Source: Desulfobacterales bacterium (lineage in GTDB: Bacteria; Desulfobacterota; Desulfobacteria; Desulfobacterales; JASJAZ01). From it: a stretch of 64,000 nt of DNA. Within the stretch, counting starts at the first letter, position 1, and each line of letters opens with the position of its first letter. The stretch is from assembly GCA_030066785.1 (NCBI GenBank), contig JASJAZ010000072.1, positions 1,066-65,065 on the forward strand. The letters are read 5' to 3'. Both the position numbers and the translations under genes were made by a program. Below, one piece after another: positions 49,278 through 58,811 of the stretch. The notes below the pieces were generated by a model that saw only the letters and a list, made by a program, of their open reading frames with translations, did no database searches and was not told the origin of the DNA.

Positions 49278-50045
49278 ATGCCACGTAACCAACAAAATCA
49301 AGCTGCCAAGGCCATATCCGGGGCATTCAGCCCGGAAGAGCGCGAACTGCTTATCGTTAAATATGCTTATTTGGTTAAGCATTATGCGGGCCGCATGGCG
49401 ATGCGATTACCCTCCAGCGTTTTGTTTGATGAACTGGTCAGCGCCGGCAGCGTGGGATTAATTGATGCCATTGACAAATTTGATCCCAGCAAGGATGTCG
49501 ATTTAAAAACCTATGCCTCCTATCGCATCAAAGGGGCCATACTGGACGAGTTACGCAGTATGGACTGGTATTCGCGGCCGATGCGCAAGAAAATGCAAGA
49601 CATCGAAAAAGCGATGACCGCGGTTGAGGCCCGCGAGGGGCGTCCCGCTAAAGATTGGGAGATCGCTGAAGAGCTGGGAATGGAATTGGAGGCCTACTTT
49701 AAGATTCTTTCAAATATTCACAATATCGCGCTTTTCAGTTTTGATGAATACATCAAAGATGATGCTAACGACATTCTGGCCAAAAAATCATTTCAAGATA
49801 AAATTATGAGCGATGATGACCCGGACAAGCATCTTGCCAAAGAAGAGATGAAACAAGTGGTTGCTCGCGCCATCCGAAGTCTATCGCAAAAGGAACAGAC
49901 AGTAATTTCTCTTTACTACTATAATGAATTGACTTTGAAAGAAATCGGGGAGGTGCTCAGTTTAACCGAGTCAAGAATTTGTCAAATCCATACCATGACA
50001 CTCATTAAACTCAGATCACGACTAAGGCAATACTTCCAAAACTAA
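49278..50045 (+). CDS. fliA: flagellar sigma factor sigma28
   Basis: GLIDA..KFD, RIKGAILDELR..DW, LTLKEIGEVLSLTESRICQ. Confidence 0.95.
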   Translation: MPRNQQNQAAKAISGAFSPEERELLIVKYAYLVKHYAGRMAMRLPSSVLFDELVSAGSVGLIDAIDKFDPSKDVDLKTYASYRIKGAILDELRSMDWYSRPMRKKMQDIEKAMTAVEAREGRPAKDWEIAEELGMELEAYFKILSNIHNIALFSFDEYIKDDANDILAKKSFQDKIMSDDDPDKHLAKEEMKQVVARAIRSLSQKEQTVISLYYYNELTLKEIGEVLSLTESRICQIHTMTLIKLRSRLRQYFQN

Positions 50046-50101
50046 TTGGAAGATAAAAGACCCTTGACGATTTAGAAACGCCATTTGATCAGTGACCATT
50101 T

Positions 50102-51106
50102 GTGCCGGCAAAACTCATGAAGGAATCCAATGCGAATACAATCGATGAGGCGCTCATATCTCAAAATGATATCGATCAACTTTTAAAAGATGTCGTAGAG
50201 CCTGATGAGCCTGCGGGGTCTAGTGATATCGTTGAAAACACACAAGATGCGGAGACACAGGCGGCGCCGTTAGATCCAAACAAGGGCCCCAATAGTGCTA
50301 AGCCACAACAAAAAGGAGATTTGGATTCATCGTTAGGGCAGGCACAAGGGCCCCAAGCCACTGACACCCATCATGCTAGTGCCGAAAAGGCAAATAAAGC
50401 TACCGGTACTAAAGAAATTGAATCAAGCCTCGTATCACAAGATGATCTTGATGCGCTATTAAGCGATACCTCTGAACAAGCGCAAGCTAAGGATGACGAA
50501 GCCCCGGATCGCATCATACTGGAAGAACCGGACGAAGAAGAACCGGCTCAGAAAGAAGAACCAGATCCGGCACCAAACGTAAAATCACCAACCAAGCCGA
50601 TGGTCAAAGGGCGCAAAAAACGCTCGACCATTATATTAGTCATTGCGGGCATATCAATGTTTGTGGTCGGTGGGTGGGTGATTCTTAAATTGTTAAACCG
50701 GACGCATGAACCGGAAACTCAACCAGTGCAACGTTTTCAGATCGTCACTCCGAAAGCGGCCAAATCATTGGCCTCGCGGGTAATGCCTAAGCCGCTGACA
50801 GATGACAATTTGGTCCAGTTGGAAGAATTTGTTGTATTCGCGCCTCCTGAAAAGCCAGGCATCACATTTCTTCGATTGAAAGTATCGCTGACAATGAATG
50901 ACCCGATGCTGGCCAGGAAAATCAAAGCCAATCGGGTTTTTTACAGAAGTATTATTTTTAATCGCCTCAATGATGTAGTGGCAACTAAACATGTAAGGGA
51001 GATTGAGCCACGTAGAATTGAAAAGTTGCTTGTTGAAGCGTTGCGCCCGTCTCTGCCGGGCAGAGCTCTTAAAAAAATAATGTTCACTAAATTCATTGTT
51101 ACCTAA
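50102..51106 (+). CDS. FliL-like membrane protein with long acidic N-terminus
   Basis: Acidic, low-complexity N-terminus with two SQxDxDxLL motifs, KKR plus TM, C-domain LEEFVV...FLRLKVSL...FTKFIVT resembling FliL; alternative start 50117. Confidence 0.7.
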   Translation: MPAKLMKESNANTIDEALISQNDIDQLLKDVVEPDEPAGSSDIVENTQDAETQAAPLDPNKGPNSAKPQQKGDLDSSLGQAQGPQATDTHHASAEKANKATGTKEIESSLVSQDDLDALLSDTSEQAQAKDDEAPDRIILEEPDEEEPAQKEEPDPAPNVKSPTKPMVKGRKKRSTIILVIAGISMFVVGGWVILKLLNRTHEPETQPVQRFQIVTPKAAKSLASRVMPKPLTDDNLVQLEEFVVFAPPEKPGITFLRLKVSLTMNDPMLARKIKANRVFYRSIIFNRLNDVVATKHVREIEPRRIEKLLVEALRPSLPGRALKKIMFTKFIVT

Positions 51107-51107
51107 A

Positions 51108-51407
51108 ATGGCGTCTATATCAGACTTAAATATCGTTATTCAACAAGGCGGCAAGGTCCAAGAAGTGCAGAATCCCCGGCAGGGCCAACTGGATCCGAAT
51201 CATGTGATTGCTCACCATCAGATTAAAAAAGTAGACAAGAAGAAGAAAACGGTTAAACAGTCACAAGACGCAGATCAAGTTCAACCAGATGCCGAGAACC
51301 CCCAAAAGTCTAAACACCGTAAACAATCTTCTTCTCGCGCAAAAATGGCAAAAGGCAAAAACGCCCTAGCCAAGAGGCGCGGGCGATTAATTGATACCGT
51401 CGTCTAA
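51108..51407 (+). CDS. small basic hypothetical flagellar-cluster protein
   Basis: ATG 1 nt after the upstream stop; ends GRLIDTVV. Confidence 0.65.
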   Translation: MASISDLNIVIQQGGKVQEVQNPRQGQLDPNHVIAHHQIKKVDKKKKTVKQSQDADQVQPDAENPQKSKHRKQSSSRAKMAKGKNALAKRRGRLIDTVV

Positions 51408-51484
51408 TCACGTTCTAGCGGATGAAACCAGTTTCGATGAGATTAACAGTTGGTTTAAGGCAAAATGCTGAATCAGGTTGAAAA

Positions 51485-51970
51485 ATGGAAATTTTTTCGC
51501 TTAAATTTTGGATTTTTTTTCAAATGCTGGTCGACGTATTTTTGGTAGTTATGGTGATTTATTTTTTAAGAAATATGCGAGCCGGCTGGCATCGCGAGGC
51601 GACAACGGCAGCATCAGAACGGATTATTACAATGCTGGAACCTCTATTAAATGAGGCCGATCGTACGACTCGGACCTTTACCAATCAATTGAATGAAAAG
51701 AAAAGCCTTATCCGTGATTTAAATGAAAAACTAGATAGCCGCATCATTAGCTTGAATTTACTTTTAAATCGATCCGAAGCGTGGCTACAAGACCCATCAC
51801 CTAAGATGGCGGTGGCGGCTAAAACCAATGTATGTGATCAACAGGAATCCATTATCCAGATGCATGCAAAGGGATTGAATGCCGCCACCATTGCTCGCAA
51901 GCTTTCCATGTCACAGGGTGAGGTGGATCTTGTGATAAATCTGAAACAGAAATTTCAATCCATGCAATAG
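51485..51970 (+). CDS. DUF2802/SwrB-like membrane protein
   Basis: N-terminal TM, coiled coil, C-terminal HTH-like IARKLSMSQGEVDLV. Confidence 0.7.
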   Translation: MEIFSLKFWIFFQMLVDVFLVVMVIYFLRNMRAGWHREATTAASERIITMLEPLLNEADRTTRTFTNQLNEKKSLIRDLNEKLDSRIISLNLLLNRSEAWLQDPSPKMAVAAKTNVCDQQESIIQMHAKGLNAATIARKLSMSQGEVDLVINLKQKFQSMQ

Positions 51971-52044
51971 ATCATTACGGAGACGTGCATGCGATATCGA
52001 ACGCATCGGTTTGATCCCACCTAATTCATTGGTAGATAACCGCC

Positions 52045-53142
52045 ATGGTCGCCTTTGTCATATCCTCTTCTGAAATTATTCTGCAAAATTATCGGCAGGC
52101 AGAGTTTCAATTACCCTCTGCAGCGAAACAAACCATGCTTGAGGCCAAGGTGCTGTCTGTGAAGCGGCCTGATTATGCTGAACTCTGGGTTCAGGGTCAA
52201 AAAGTGCGCGCTAAAACGTATGCGCCTTTACAGCGAGGCCAACAGATAAAGCTTGCCCTGACCAAGGCCGGCCGCCAACCAATATTTAAGCTGGTGTCAA
52301 CCAACGGTTCGAACCATTCAGGCCTTCCAAACCATAGTGCCGGTTTCATCGATGGATCCCAAATATTTGCTAAGCTGACCGCGGTCATGAATTATTTTAA
52401 TGAACGATCAGATCCAAATGTGACCTCAGCATCTGTCAAACAGTTTATTGCTCGCATCCGGGCTATCGCCTGGCAATCAGAAGACGGCAACATTGACCAC
52501 CTGAAATCCATGGTTAAAAACAGCGGGCTAATGTGGGAAAATAAACTGGCAAGATCGTTGACGGCGGCACAACAATTGTCGCTAAACCAGGTTGACCGGA
52601 TGATTGCCGATGATTTGAAAGCATTGGCGCTAAAAATCGGCCAAACGACAGGAACATCGGATAGCGTTCTTGGGCGTGGGCTGCAATCTTTTAGTGAGGC
52701 ACTTGAAAATCTGCAAGTTCTAAACAAGCTAACCGCCGAAGAGTTTGGGCGCTACCTATTGCCGCTGCCGCTAGTGGAGAACACGGATTTTTCACTGGGG
52801 CAATTGCTGATCGATATCGGAACGCGTGCGAAAGCCCGCGCTGAAAGAGGTCCTGATTTGATTCGGTTGGCATTTCTGTTGGAGATGTCGAATCTTGGGA
52901 AAATTCGGGGTGATTTCACGGTTCAGCATCAGACCGTACAGGGTACTTTCGATGTAACCTGCAAAGATACGCAGACCCTTATGGTAAATAAGCGCAACGA
53001 TTTAATCGCTAAGCTAAATGAACTGAATTTCAATCCCGGTGATATTCAGATTAATTTACTCTCTTCGGAAACGGACTTGGAGCAATCTTTTATTGACCAG
53101 ATGACCATGCCGTCGGACAAGATGGTTAACATCGTCATATGA
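52045..53142 (+). CDS. FliK-like domain protein (YlqG-like)
   Basis: SGLMWENKL, DDLK, LLEMSNLGKI; directly before a FlhB C-domain gene. Confidence 0.65.
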   Translation: MVAFVISSSEIILQNYRQAEFQLPSAAKQTMLEAKVLSVKRPDYAELWVQGQKVRAKTYAPLQRGQQIKLALTKAGRQPIFKLVSTNGSNHSGLPNHSAGFIDGSQIFAKLTAVMNYFNERSDPNVTSASVKQFIARIRAIAWQSEDGNIDHLKSMVKNSGLMWENKLARSLTAAQQLSLNQVDRMIADDLKALALKIGQTTGTSDSVLGRGLQSFSEALENLQVLNKLTAEEFGRYLLPLPLVENTDFSLGQLLIDIGTRAKARAERGPDLIRLAFLLEMSNLGKIRGDFTVQHQTVQGTFDVTCKDTQTLMVNKRNDLIAKLNELNFNPGDIQINLLSSETDLEQSFIDQMTMPSDKMVNIVI

Positions 53143-53255
53143 CAGGTTGGTTTTGATTTGCTAATGACAGCTAATCCCTGGTCTGTAAATGCTGGACTAA
53201 CCGTTCTGAGCAGCACTGGCCGCAGCCGAACTTTATTTAGCGCTAAGCCATAAAA

Positions 53256-53540
53256 ATGTCTGATTTTCCAAAATATCCTCGCAAAAAAGCGGTGGCATTA
53301 CGCTATCAACCGCACAAAGATAGTGCTCCCAAGGTCACCGCCAAAGGTACCGGTCCGGTTGCCACCCGTATTATTGAACTCGCCCGCGAACACGGTATCC
53401 CCATAAAAGATGATCCCGATTTGATTGAAGTGCTGTCCAAATTGGATATCGATGACGCCATCCCCGCCAGCGTGTACGTGGTAGTCGCCGAATTATTGGC
53501 ATTTGTATATTCCCTCAACCGGCAAAAACAACCTAGCTAG
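53256..53540 (+). CDS. stand-alone FlhB C-terminal domain protein (FlhX/YlqH; EscU/YscU/HrcU family)
   Basis: KAVALRY...APKVTAKG.G..A..II..A.EHGIP...IP...Y.VVAELLAFVY. Confidence 0.92.
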   Translation: MSDFPKYPRKKAVALRYQPHKDSAPKVTAKGTGPVATRIIELAREHGIPIKDDPDLIEVLSKLDIDDAIPASVYVVVAELLAFVYSLNRQKQPS

Positions 53541-53553
53541 GTAGTTTTTGCCG
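53520..53553. repeat. 34-bp near-perfect palindrome over the FlhX-like stop codon (terminator or operator)
   Basis: cggcaaaaac-a-acctagctaggt-a-gtttttgccg; one mismatched pair. Confidence 0.6.
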
Positions 53554-53638
53554 TGCCTGCTTCTTTTGCACCAAGATAAATTTATCCCATTTTAAGCGAC
53601 AACATAAGGTGTTTGCTACAGCGAGACTGATCTAATTA

Positions 53639-53651
53639 TAACATATTGAAA
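53639..53651 (-). promoter_or_regulatory. possible IHF site upstream of the flgF promoter
   Basis: Reverse strand TTTCAAtatgTTA vs WATCAAnnnnTTR (one mismatch) in an AT-rich tract. Confidence 0.3.
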
Positions 53652-53718
53652 TAGTTATATTAAATATAAAATTTGCAACACCTAAATTTGGATTCGAATT
53701 TGAATAAAAATAAAATCT

Positions 53719-53734
53719 TGGCATTCTAATTGCT
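53719..53734 (+). promoter_or_regulatory. sigma54 promoter for flgF operon
   Basis: TGGCAT-tctaa-TTGCT. Confidence 0.83.
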
Positions 53735-53775
53735 AAGTCTTGGTATCAAATTAAACGGCAAAGGAGACTAAAGCA

Positions 53776-54453
53776 TTGCTACATCAGATGAGAATGCCGG
53801 TGACCGGCGCTAATCGACAAAGAATGAAATTCGATATGTTATCCAACCACCTGGTAAATTCCTCAACGGTTGGTTTTAAAGGCGACATCCTGACATTCGA
53901 TGATGCCATGGGGATTCAGATGCACAATAATTTTAAACAAGGTGAACTGCAGCGTACCGGCAATGAGCTTGATGTAGCCCTTAACAGTAATGGTTTTTTT
54001 GCGGTGGAAACCCCTGCCGGTACCCGTTATACCCGCAATGGCAACTTTAAGTTAAGCGATGAAGGCATGTTGCTAACGCAATCTGGATATCCGGTGTTGG
54101 GTGACAGTGGACCCATTAACATTGAAGGTAACGACATTAAATTTAACGAGAATGGTGATGTCAATGTCGATGGCCAAATTGTTAATCGGCTAAGGGTTTC
54201 GACTTTCAAGTCACCGGATAAATTGCGCAAAGAAGGCAGTAACCTTTTTGCCTATGATGGTCCCGAAGGAGATGCATCTGAGCCCGAATGGGTTCAAATG
54301 GCCCAAGGGTATGTTGAAGCACCCAATGTCAAAATGGTGGGAGAGATGACCAATATGGTGGAAACCGTGCGAATATTTGAGGCTTTTCAGAAACTTATGC
54401 AGACCTATGATGATATGGCCGGAAAAGTTATCAGCGAGGCCGGAAGGATATAG
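53776..54453 (+). CDS. flgF: flagellar rod protein FlgF
   Basis: STVGFK, TGNELDVAL, YTRNGNF, PNV; AAGGAG RBS then TTG start; precedes flgG. Confidence 0.9.
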   Translation: MLHQMRMPVTGANRQRMKFDMLSNHLVNSSTVGFKGDILTFDDAMGIQMHNNFKQGELQRTGNELDVALNSNGFFAVETPAGTRYTRNGNFKLSDEGMLLTQSGYPVLGDSGPINIEGNDIKFNENGDVNVDGQIVNRLRVSTFKSPDKLRKEGSNLFAYDGPEGDASEPEWVQMAQGYVEAPNVKMVGEMTNMVETVRIFEAFQKLMQTYDDMAGKVISEAGRI

Positions 54454-54531
54454 TTTTATCCTTACCATCGGCCACTGACTTTCAGAATAAAACCAGAATA
54501 AAGATCAGAGTGGATTTGAGGAGGAAAACAT

Positions 54532-55314
54532 ATGCTCAGAGGATTATACACGGCGGCTTCCGGTATGGCATCCCAGCAAATGCTCATTGACGTTATTTCA
54601 AACAACATTGCTAATGCCAACACCACTGGATTTAAAAAAAGCCGATGCAATTTTCAGGACTTAATGTATCAGACGCTATCGGTGGCTGGCGCCACAACAG
54701 CCGGCGGGGGCCAGATACCGGTGGGCATTCAAACCGGCATGGGGGTTTCGGTGGCCGGGGTTCAAAAAGTTAACACCCAGGGTGATTATCAGCAAACCGG
54801 CAATGAATTGGACTTGGCCATCGAAGGCAAAGGATTTTTCAGGGTGCAGACCGGTGATGAAGAACGATACACGCGAGCCGGTAACTTTACGGTCGACAGC
54901 GAAGGCTTTCTCACCACCGCCAATGGTGACCGCCTACAGCCGGAAATATCTGTGCCGCAGGACACCGTCACGATTTCGGTTCAACCCAATGGAACCATGA
55001 CCTTCTACGGCCCCGGCAGCCAGGAACTGGGTACCGCCGAAGTCGTTCTTTACAATTTCATGAACCCTGCCGGTTTATATGCGACCGGCCGCAATTTATT
55101 AAAGCAGACCGACGGCTCGGGTGATCCCATTGAAGGTACACCCGGCAGTGACGGATTCGGTACGATATCCAATACGTTTCTGGAGATGTCCAATGTCAGT
55201 ATCGTCGAAGAAATGGTGGCCTTAATTGTGGCCCAACGCGCCTATGAGGCCAGCTCCAAAGCCTTGCAGACCGCTGAAAATATTTTGCAAATGACCAATA
55301 ACGCCAAACGCTAA
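54532..55314 (+). CDS. flgG: flagellar distal rod protein FlgG
   Basis: SNNIANANTTGFKK, FQDLMYQ, YTRAG, LEMSNV, QRAYE. Confidence 0.95.
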   Translation: MLRGLYTAASGMASQQMLIDVISNNIANANTTGFKKSRCNFQDLMYQTLSVAGATTAGGGQIPVGIQTGMGVSVAGVQKVNTQGDYQQTGNELDLAIEGKGFFRVQTGDEERYTRAGNFTVDSEGFLTTANGDRLQPEISVPQDTVTISVQPNGTMTFYGPGSQELGTAEVVLYNFMNPAGLYATGRNLLKQTDGSGDPIEGTPGSDGFGTISNTFLEMSNVSIVEEMVALIVAQRAYEASSKALQTAENILQMTNNAKR

Positions 55315-55344
55315 GCCGCAAACTTTAGATATAGGAAAAATATC

Positions 55345-56382
55345 ATGCGATCTGATATTACGCACACAAATCGAAAGGAAGCTACCTTGATACTTGTTTG
55401 TCGGGCCATACGCTATTTGGCAGTGGCTTCGATCTGTAGTGGCTTCGTCTTAATTTTTAGCACTCTTGCCATTGCAACGGCAACAGCCCCGTCGCCAGAA
55501 GTAATTGTAGTCAAAGAATACATCCAAGTCCCGGACGATCACATTAAACTTGCATCGATAGCTGACATCCAGGTGCCTGGCAGGGTCAAAGACAAAATTG
55601 GTCGCATTTCCCTGGGTACGGCACCCCGACCAGGGATGGAAAAGATTCTGCCGGGCCATTGGGTGGCCTCTAAAATCCGATCGCGCAAATGGGTCGGTGA
55701 GACGGTTCAGGTTATTGTACCCCGGCAGGTCCATGTGACCCGTGCTAGTCAAACATTGACCGACGAGCGGTTACAAGCAATTTTTCAAGATTATATTCGT
55801 ACCCAACTCAAAGATATTCAATTTAATATCAGCCGCTTTAAAGCGCGCGGAATGAAAACCTTGCCGGCCGGCGAGTTGAGCTATCAAATACAACCAACCC
55901 GCACAAAAAAAATCATGGGGCAGACAAATCTCGGCCTGTCTCTCGCTGTGAATGGGAAAGCGGTAGGTCGTTTATCATTGTCGGGCTGGGTGGATCGTTT
56001 TGAAAAAGTTGTTTGTGCGCAGCGCGATATAACCCGCGGCACCATCATATCGGCGGACGATTTGATCCTGGAGTCTGTTAACATCGCCAAAGCACCCATG
56101 GGTGTATACCATCGCCTTGAAGATGTGATTGGCAAGCGAACTCGCCGTGCCATACGGGTCAATTCGATCATTCGAGGACCGATGATGGAAACCCCACCGC
56201 TGATATTCAAAGGAGATCGCGTTAAGTTGGTGGCCAAAATCGGTGCCTTGACGGTCCGAACAATTGGAATTGCCAAGAATGAGGGCGGCAAGGGTGACCA
56301 GATTCGTGTGGTGAATATCAGTTCTAAAAAAACGGTCGTGGGCCGGGTCATGGATGCGGCTACGGTCGAGGTCGTATTTTAA
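55345..56382 (+). CDS. flgA: P-ring assembly chaperone FlgA
   Basis: Signal-like N-terminus, SAF domain, PLIFKGDRV, G..GDQIRVVN..SKK.V.G.V. Confidence 0.9.
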   Translation: MRSDITHTNRKEATLILVCRAIRYLAVASICSGFVLIFSTLAIATATAPSPEVIVVKEYIQVPDDHIKLASIADIQVPGRVKDKIGRISLGTAPRPGMEKILPGHWVASKIRSRKWVGETVQVIVPRQVHVTRASQTLTDERLQAIFQDYIRTQLKDIQFNISRFKARGMKTLPAGELSYQIQPTRTKKIMGQTNLGLSLAVNGKAVGRLSLSGWVDRFEKVVCAQRDITRGTIISADDLILESVNIAKAPMGVYHRLEDVIGKRTRRAIRVNSIIRGPMMETPPLIFKGDRVKLVAKIGALTVRTIGIAKNEGGKGDQIRVVNISSKKTVVGRVMDAATVEVVF

Positions 56383-56393
56383 GGAGGTTTAGC

Positions 56394-57131
56394 GTGAACA
56401 ATCGTTTTATAAAACATACCAAGGGGATTCTGTTTGGCAGTCTTTTTGTAATTTTGCTTGGTTGCTCTTCATCAAGTCCGATGGTTCAACCTCAAAAACT
56501 GGCCGCTTCCAATCCTCCGCCATTTAAGCCTTTCTTGGCGATGCCGGTTCCGGCCGAAGGTTCTTTGTGGACGGACAATGGTGAATTATTATTTGTGGAT
56601 AACAAAGCGCGTCGGGTGGGCGATACTATTACCATTGATATTGTAGAGAATGCATCCTCGGAACTAAATGCCAATACTAAAGCTGATCGGTCTTCTTCTC
56701 TGGAAGCCAATATTGAAGAATTTTTGGGCTACATCCGTTACCTGGAAGAAAAGAACCGGCGCTTCAAGCGTGACAAGGATGGCAACCTGGTCGATTCTTT
56801 GTTCAAAGGCAGTTTGGAGAGCAAATTCAAGGGCGATGCTAAAACTGACCGTGATGGGCGCGTGACAGCTTCCATCAGTGGTCGCGTGATTGAAGTGCTG
56901 CCCAACGGCAACCTGGTGATTCAAGGCCGCCGCGAGATGAAGGTTAATTTTGAGGTTCAGGTCATTACGGTGACCGGAATAGTGCGACCCAAGGATATTG
57001 ATGTTGATAACCGCGTGAAATCGACTTTTCTGGCCGATGCCCGTGTCGAATATTTTGGCAAAGGTGTGCTGGCTGACAAACAAAAACCTGGTTGGGGAAC
57101 TCAGGTGCTGGATAAAATCTGGCCGTTTTAA
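56394..57131 (+). CDS. flgH: flagellar L-ring protein FlgH
   Basis: Lipobox LLGC, GSLW, KARRVGD, VLPNGNL, GIVRP.DI, ST..ADA. Confidence 0.95.
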   Translation: MNNRFIKHTKGILFGSLFVILLGCSSSSPMVQPQKLAASNPPPFKPFLAMPVPAEGSLWTDNGELLFVDNKARRVGDTITIDIVENASSELNANTKADRSSSLEANIEEFLGYIRYLEEKNRRFKRDKDGNLVDSLFKGSLESKFKGDAKTDRDGRVTASISGRVIEVLPNGNLVIQGRREMKVNFEVQVITVTGIVRPKDIDVDNRVKSTFLADARVEYFGKGVLADKQKPGWGTQVLDKIWPF

Positions 57132-57153
57132 ATATCGGGAGGAAATTAGACAG

Positions 57154-58299
57154 ATGCATCGGATATTCAATCGATTTGCTGCTCGTGTGACCATCGTGTG
57201 GATAATTGTTTTGATCATGCTGGCTCTGACCGGTTTCGGACAGTCGGCTGACGCTTCCCGCCTCAAGGACCTGGTATCCATCAAAGGTGTGCGTTCCAAC
57301 CAACTGGTGGGATACGGTTTGGTGGTCGGTCTGGAAGGCTCCGGTGATAAAGCCGGAACTGAATTTACCATTCAGTCCCTGGTCAATATGTTGGAGCGTA
57401 TGGGTATCAATGTTGATCAAGACGATGTCAAAGTGAAAAACGTGGCAGCTGTAATGGTTACGGCCAAAATGCCGCCGTTTGCGCGTGTTGGCAGCCGGAT
57501 CGATGTCGTGGTGTCTTCCATCGGTGATGCCAAAAGCCTGTATGGCGGGACCCTGTTGATGACGCCCTTGAAAGGGGTTGACAATCGGATCTATGCGTTG
57601 GCGCAGGGACCTTTAGGTGTGGGCGGTATCGCGGCTAGTGGTGAAGCCGGCGGGGGTGTGAGTATCAATCACGCCCTGGTGGGCCGGATTGCCAAAGGAG
57701 CCAGTGTGGAACGTGAAATTCCGATAGATTTAAACGGAAAAGATGCCATCACCCTCGCGTTGCATAATCCGGATTTTACCACCGCTATAAGAATGTCGGA
57801 AACAATCAATAAAGCCATCGGATCAGATTTTGCTCAGGCGATTGACTCGGCCACTCTGCAAGTCAAGGTGCCGGTGGAAATGCGTGATAATGTCACCCGC
57901 TTTATCGCTCAAATCGAACCGCTGGACGTGGTGCCGGATATGATTGCTAAAATTGTGGTCAACGAAAAAACCGGCACCGTCGTCATTGGTGAACATGTCC
58001 GTATTTCAACAGTGGCAGTATCACACGGTCTGTTGAGTATTTCGATCAAGGAAAATCAGAATGTTTCGCAACCCGGACCATATTCCGGATTTACCGATGC
58101 CGAGACGGTTGTAACCCAAGATACGGATATTCAAATTTCAGCCGAAGAAAACAAAGTGTTAATTGTTCCCGGCGGCTCCACCATCGGTGAATTAGTGCGT
58201 GCCTTAAATGCCATCGGTGTGGGTCCCCGGGGATTAATCGCCATATTTCAAAGTATCAAGGCCGCAGGTGCCTTGCAGGCTGAAATTGAAATAATCTAA
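57154..58299 (+). CDS. flgI: flagellar P-ring protein FlgI
   Basis: RLKD, GVRSNQLVGYGLVVGL, GDAKSL.GG.L, AGALQAE; start ATG 57154 after GGAGG (track start 57037). Confidence 0.96.
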   Translation: MHRIFNRFAARVTIVWIIVLIMLALTGFGQSADASRLKDLVSIKGVRSNQLVGYGLVVGLEGSGDKAGTEFTIQSLVNMLERMGINVDQDDVKVKNVAAVMVTAKMPPFARVGSRIDVVVSSIGDAKSLYGGTLLMTPLKGVDNRIYALAQGPLGVGGIAASGEAGGGVSINHALVGRIAKGASVEREIPIDLNGKDAITLALHNPDFTTAIRMSETINKAIGSDFAQAIDSATLQVKVPVEMRDNVTRFIAQIEPLDVVPDMIAKIVVNEKTGTVVIGEHVRISTVAVSHGLLSISIKENQNVSQPGPYSGFTDAETVVTQDTDIQISAEENKVLIVPGGSTIGELVRALNAIGVGPRGLIAIFQSIKAAGALQAEIEII

Positions 58300-58352
58300 C
58301 AGTGAACCGCCGAAAAACGTTACAGGTGTTATAAACATCAAAGGATAACGAT

Positions 58353-58703
58353 ATGACCATTAATTCGATCAACTCCAATGTGCCCACAGGCACAACCAAA
58401 ACCGTGGATCAAACCCAAAATGCCAAACTGCGCCAAGTCTGTGCTGATTTTGAGTCGGTATTTCTGAACTACATGTTACAGGCCATGCGCAGTACCCTGC
58501 CGGGCGATGATGTGTTCGGCAAAAGCTTTCAGAAAGATATGTACGAATCCATGTATTTTGAAAAAATCGCTGAAACCGTCTCGGGCAACAAGGGATTGGG
58601 TATTGGCGAGGCTTTGTACCGTCAGCTCAGCAGTTATTTGCCCTCCACACAGATTATAGATGAGGCAGCAAAGAGTGTGGATATGAACAACTCCGAAGAA
58701 TAA
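58353..58703 (+). CDS. flgJ: rod-binding (single-domain) FlgJ
   Basis: C.DFESVF...MLQAMR, MY, GLGIGEALYRQL; no muramidase domain. Confidence 0.88.
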   Translation: MTINSINSNVPTGTTKTVDQTQNAKLRQVCADFESVFLNYMLQAMRSTLPGDDVFGKSFQKDMYESMYFEKIAETVSGNKGLGIGEALYRQLSSYLPSTQIIDEAAKSVDMNNSEE

Positions 58704-58750
58704 GGAAATAAGGGTACCATTGAACCTCCGATTTTCAGAATCGAAACATT

Positions 58751-58777
58751 ACAGAAGTCGGGATGATTTGCCGATAA
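58751..58777 (+). promoter_or_regulatory. probable sigma28 promoter for flgN-flgK-flgL
   Basis: Perfect -10 GCCGATAA at 58770-77, 34 nt before flgN ATG; -35 region is poor (ACAG). Confidence 0.5.
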
Positions 58778-58811
58778 CTAGATAAGGAAGCGATTTACCG
58801 GGAGAATCATT

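Noticed and set aside
56664-57371. 235-aa minus-strand ORF
   Set aside because: Antisense shadow of flgH/flgI.
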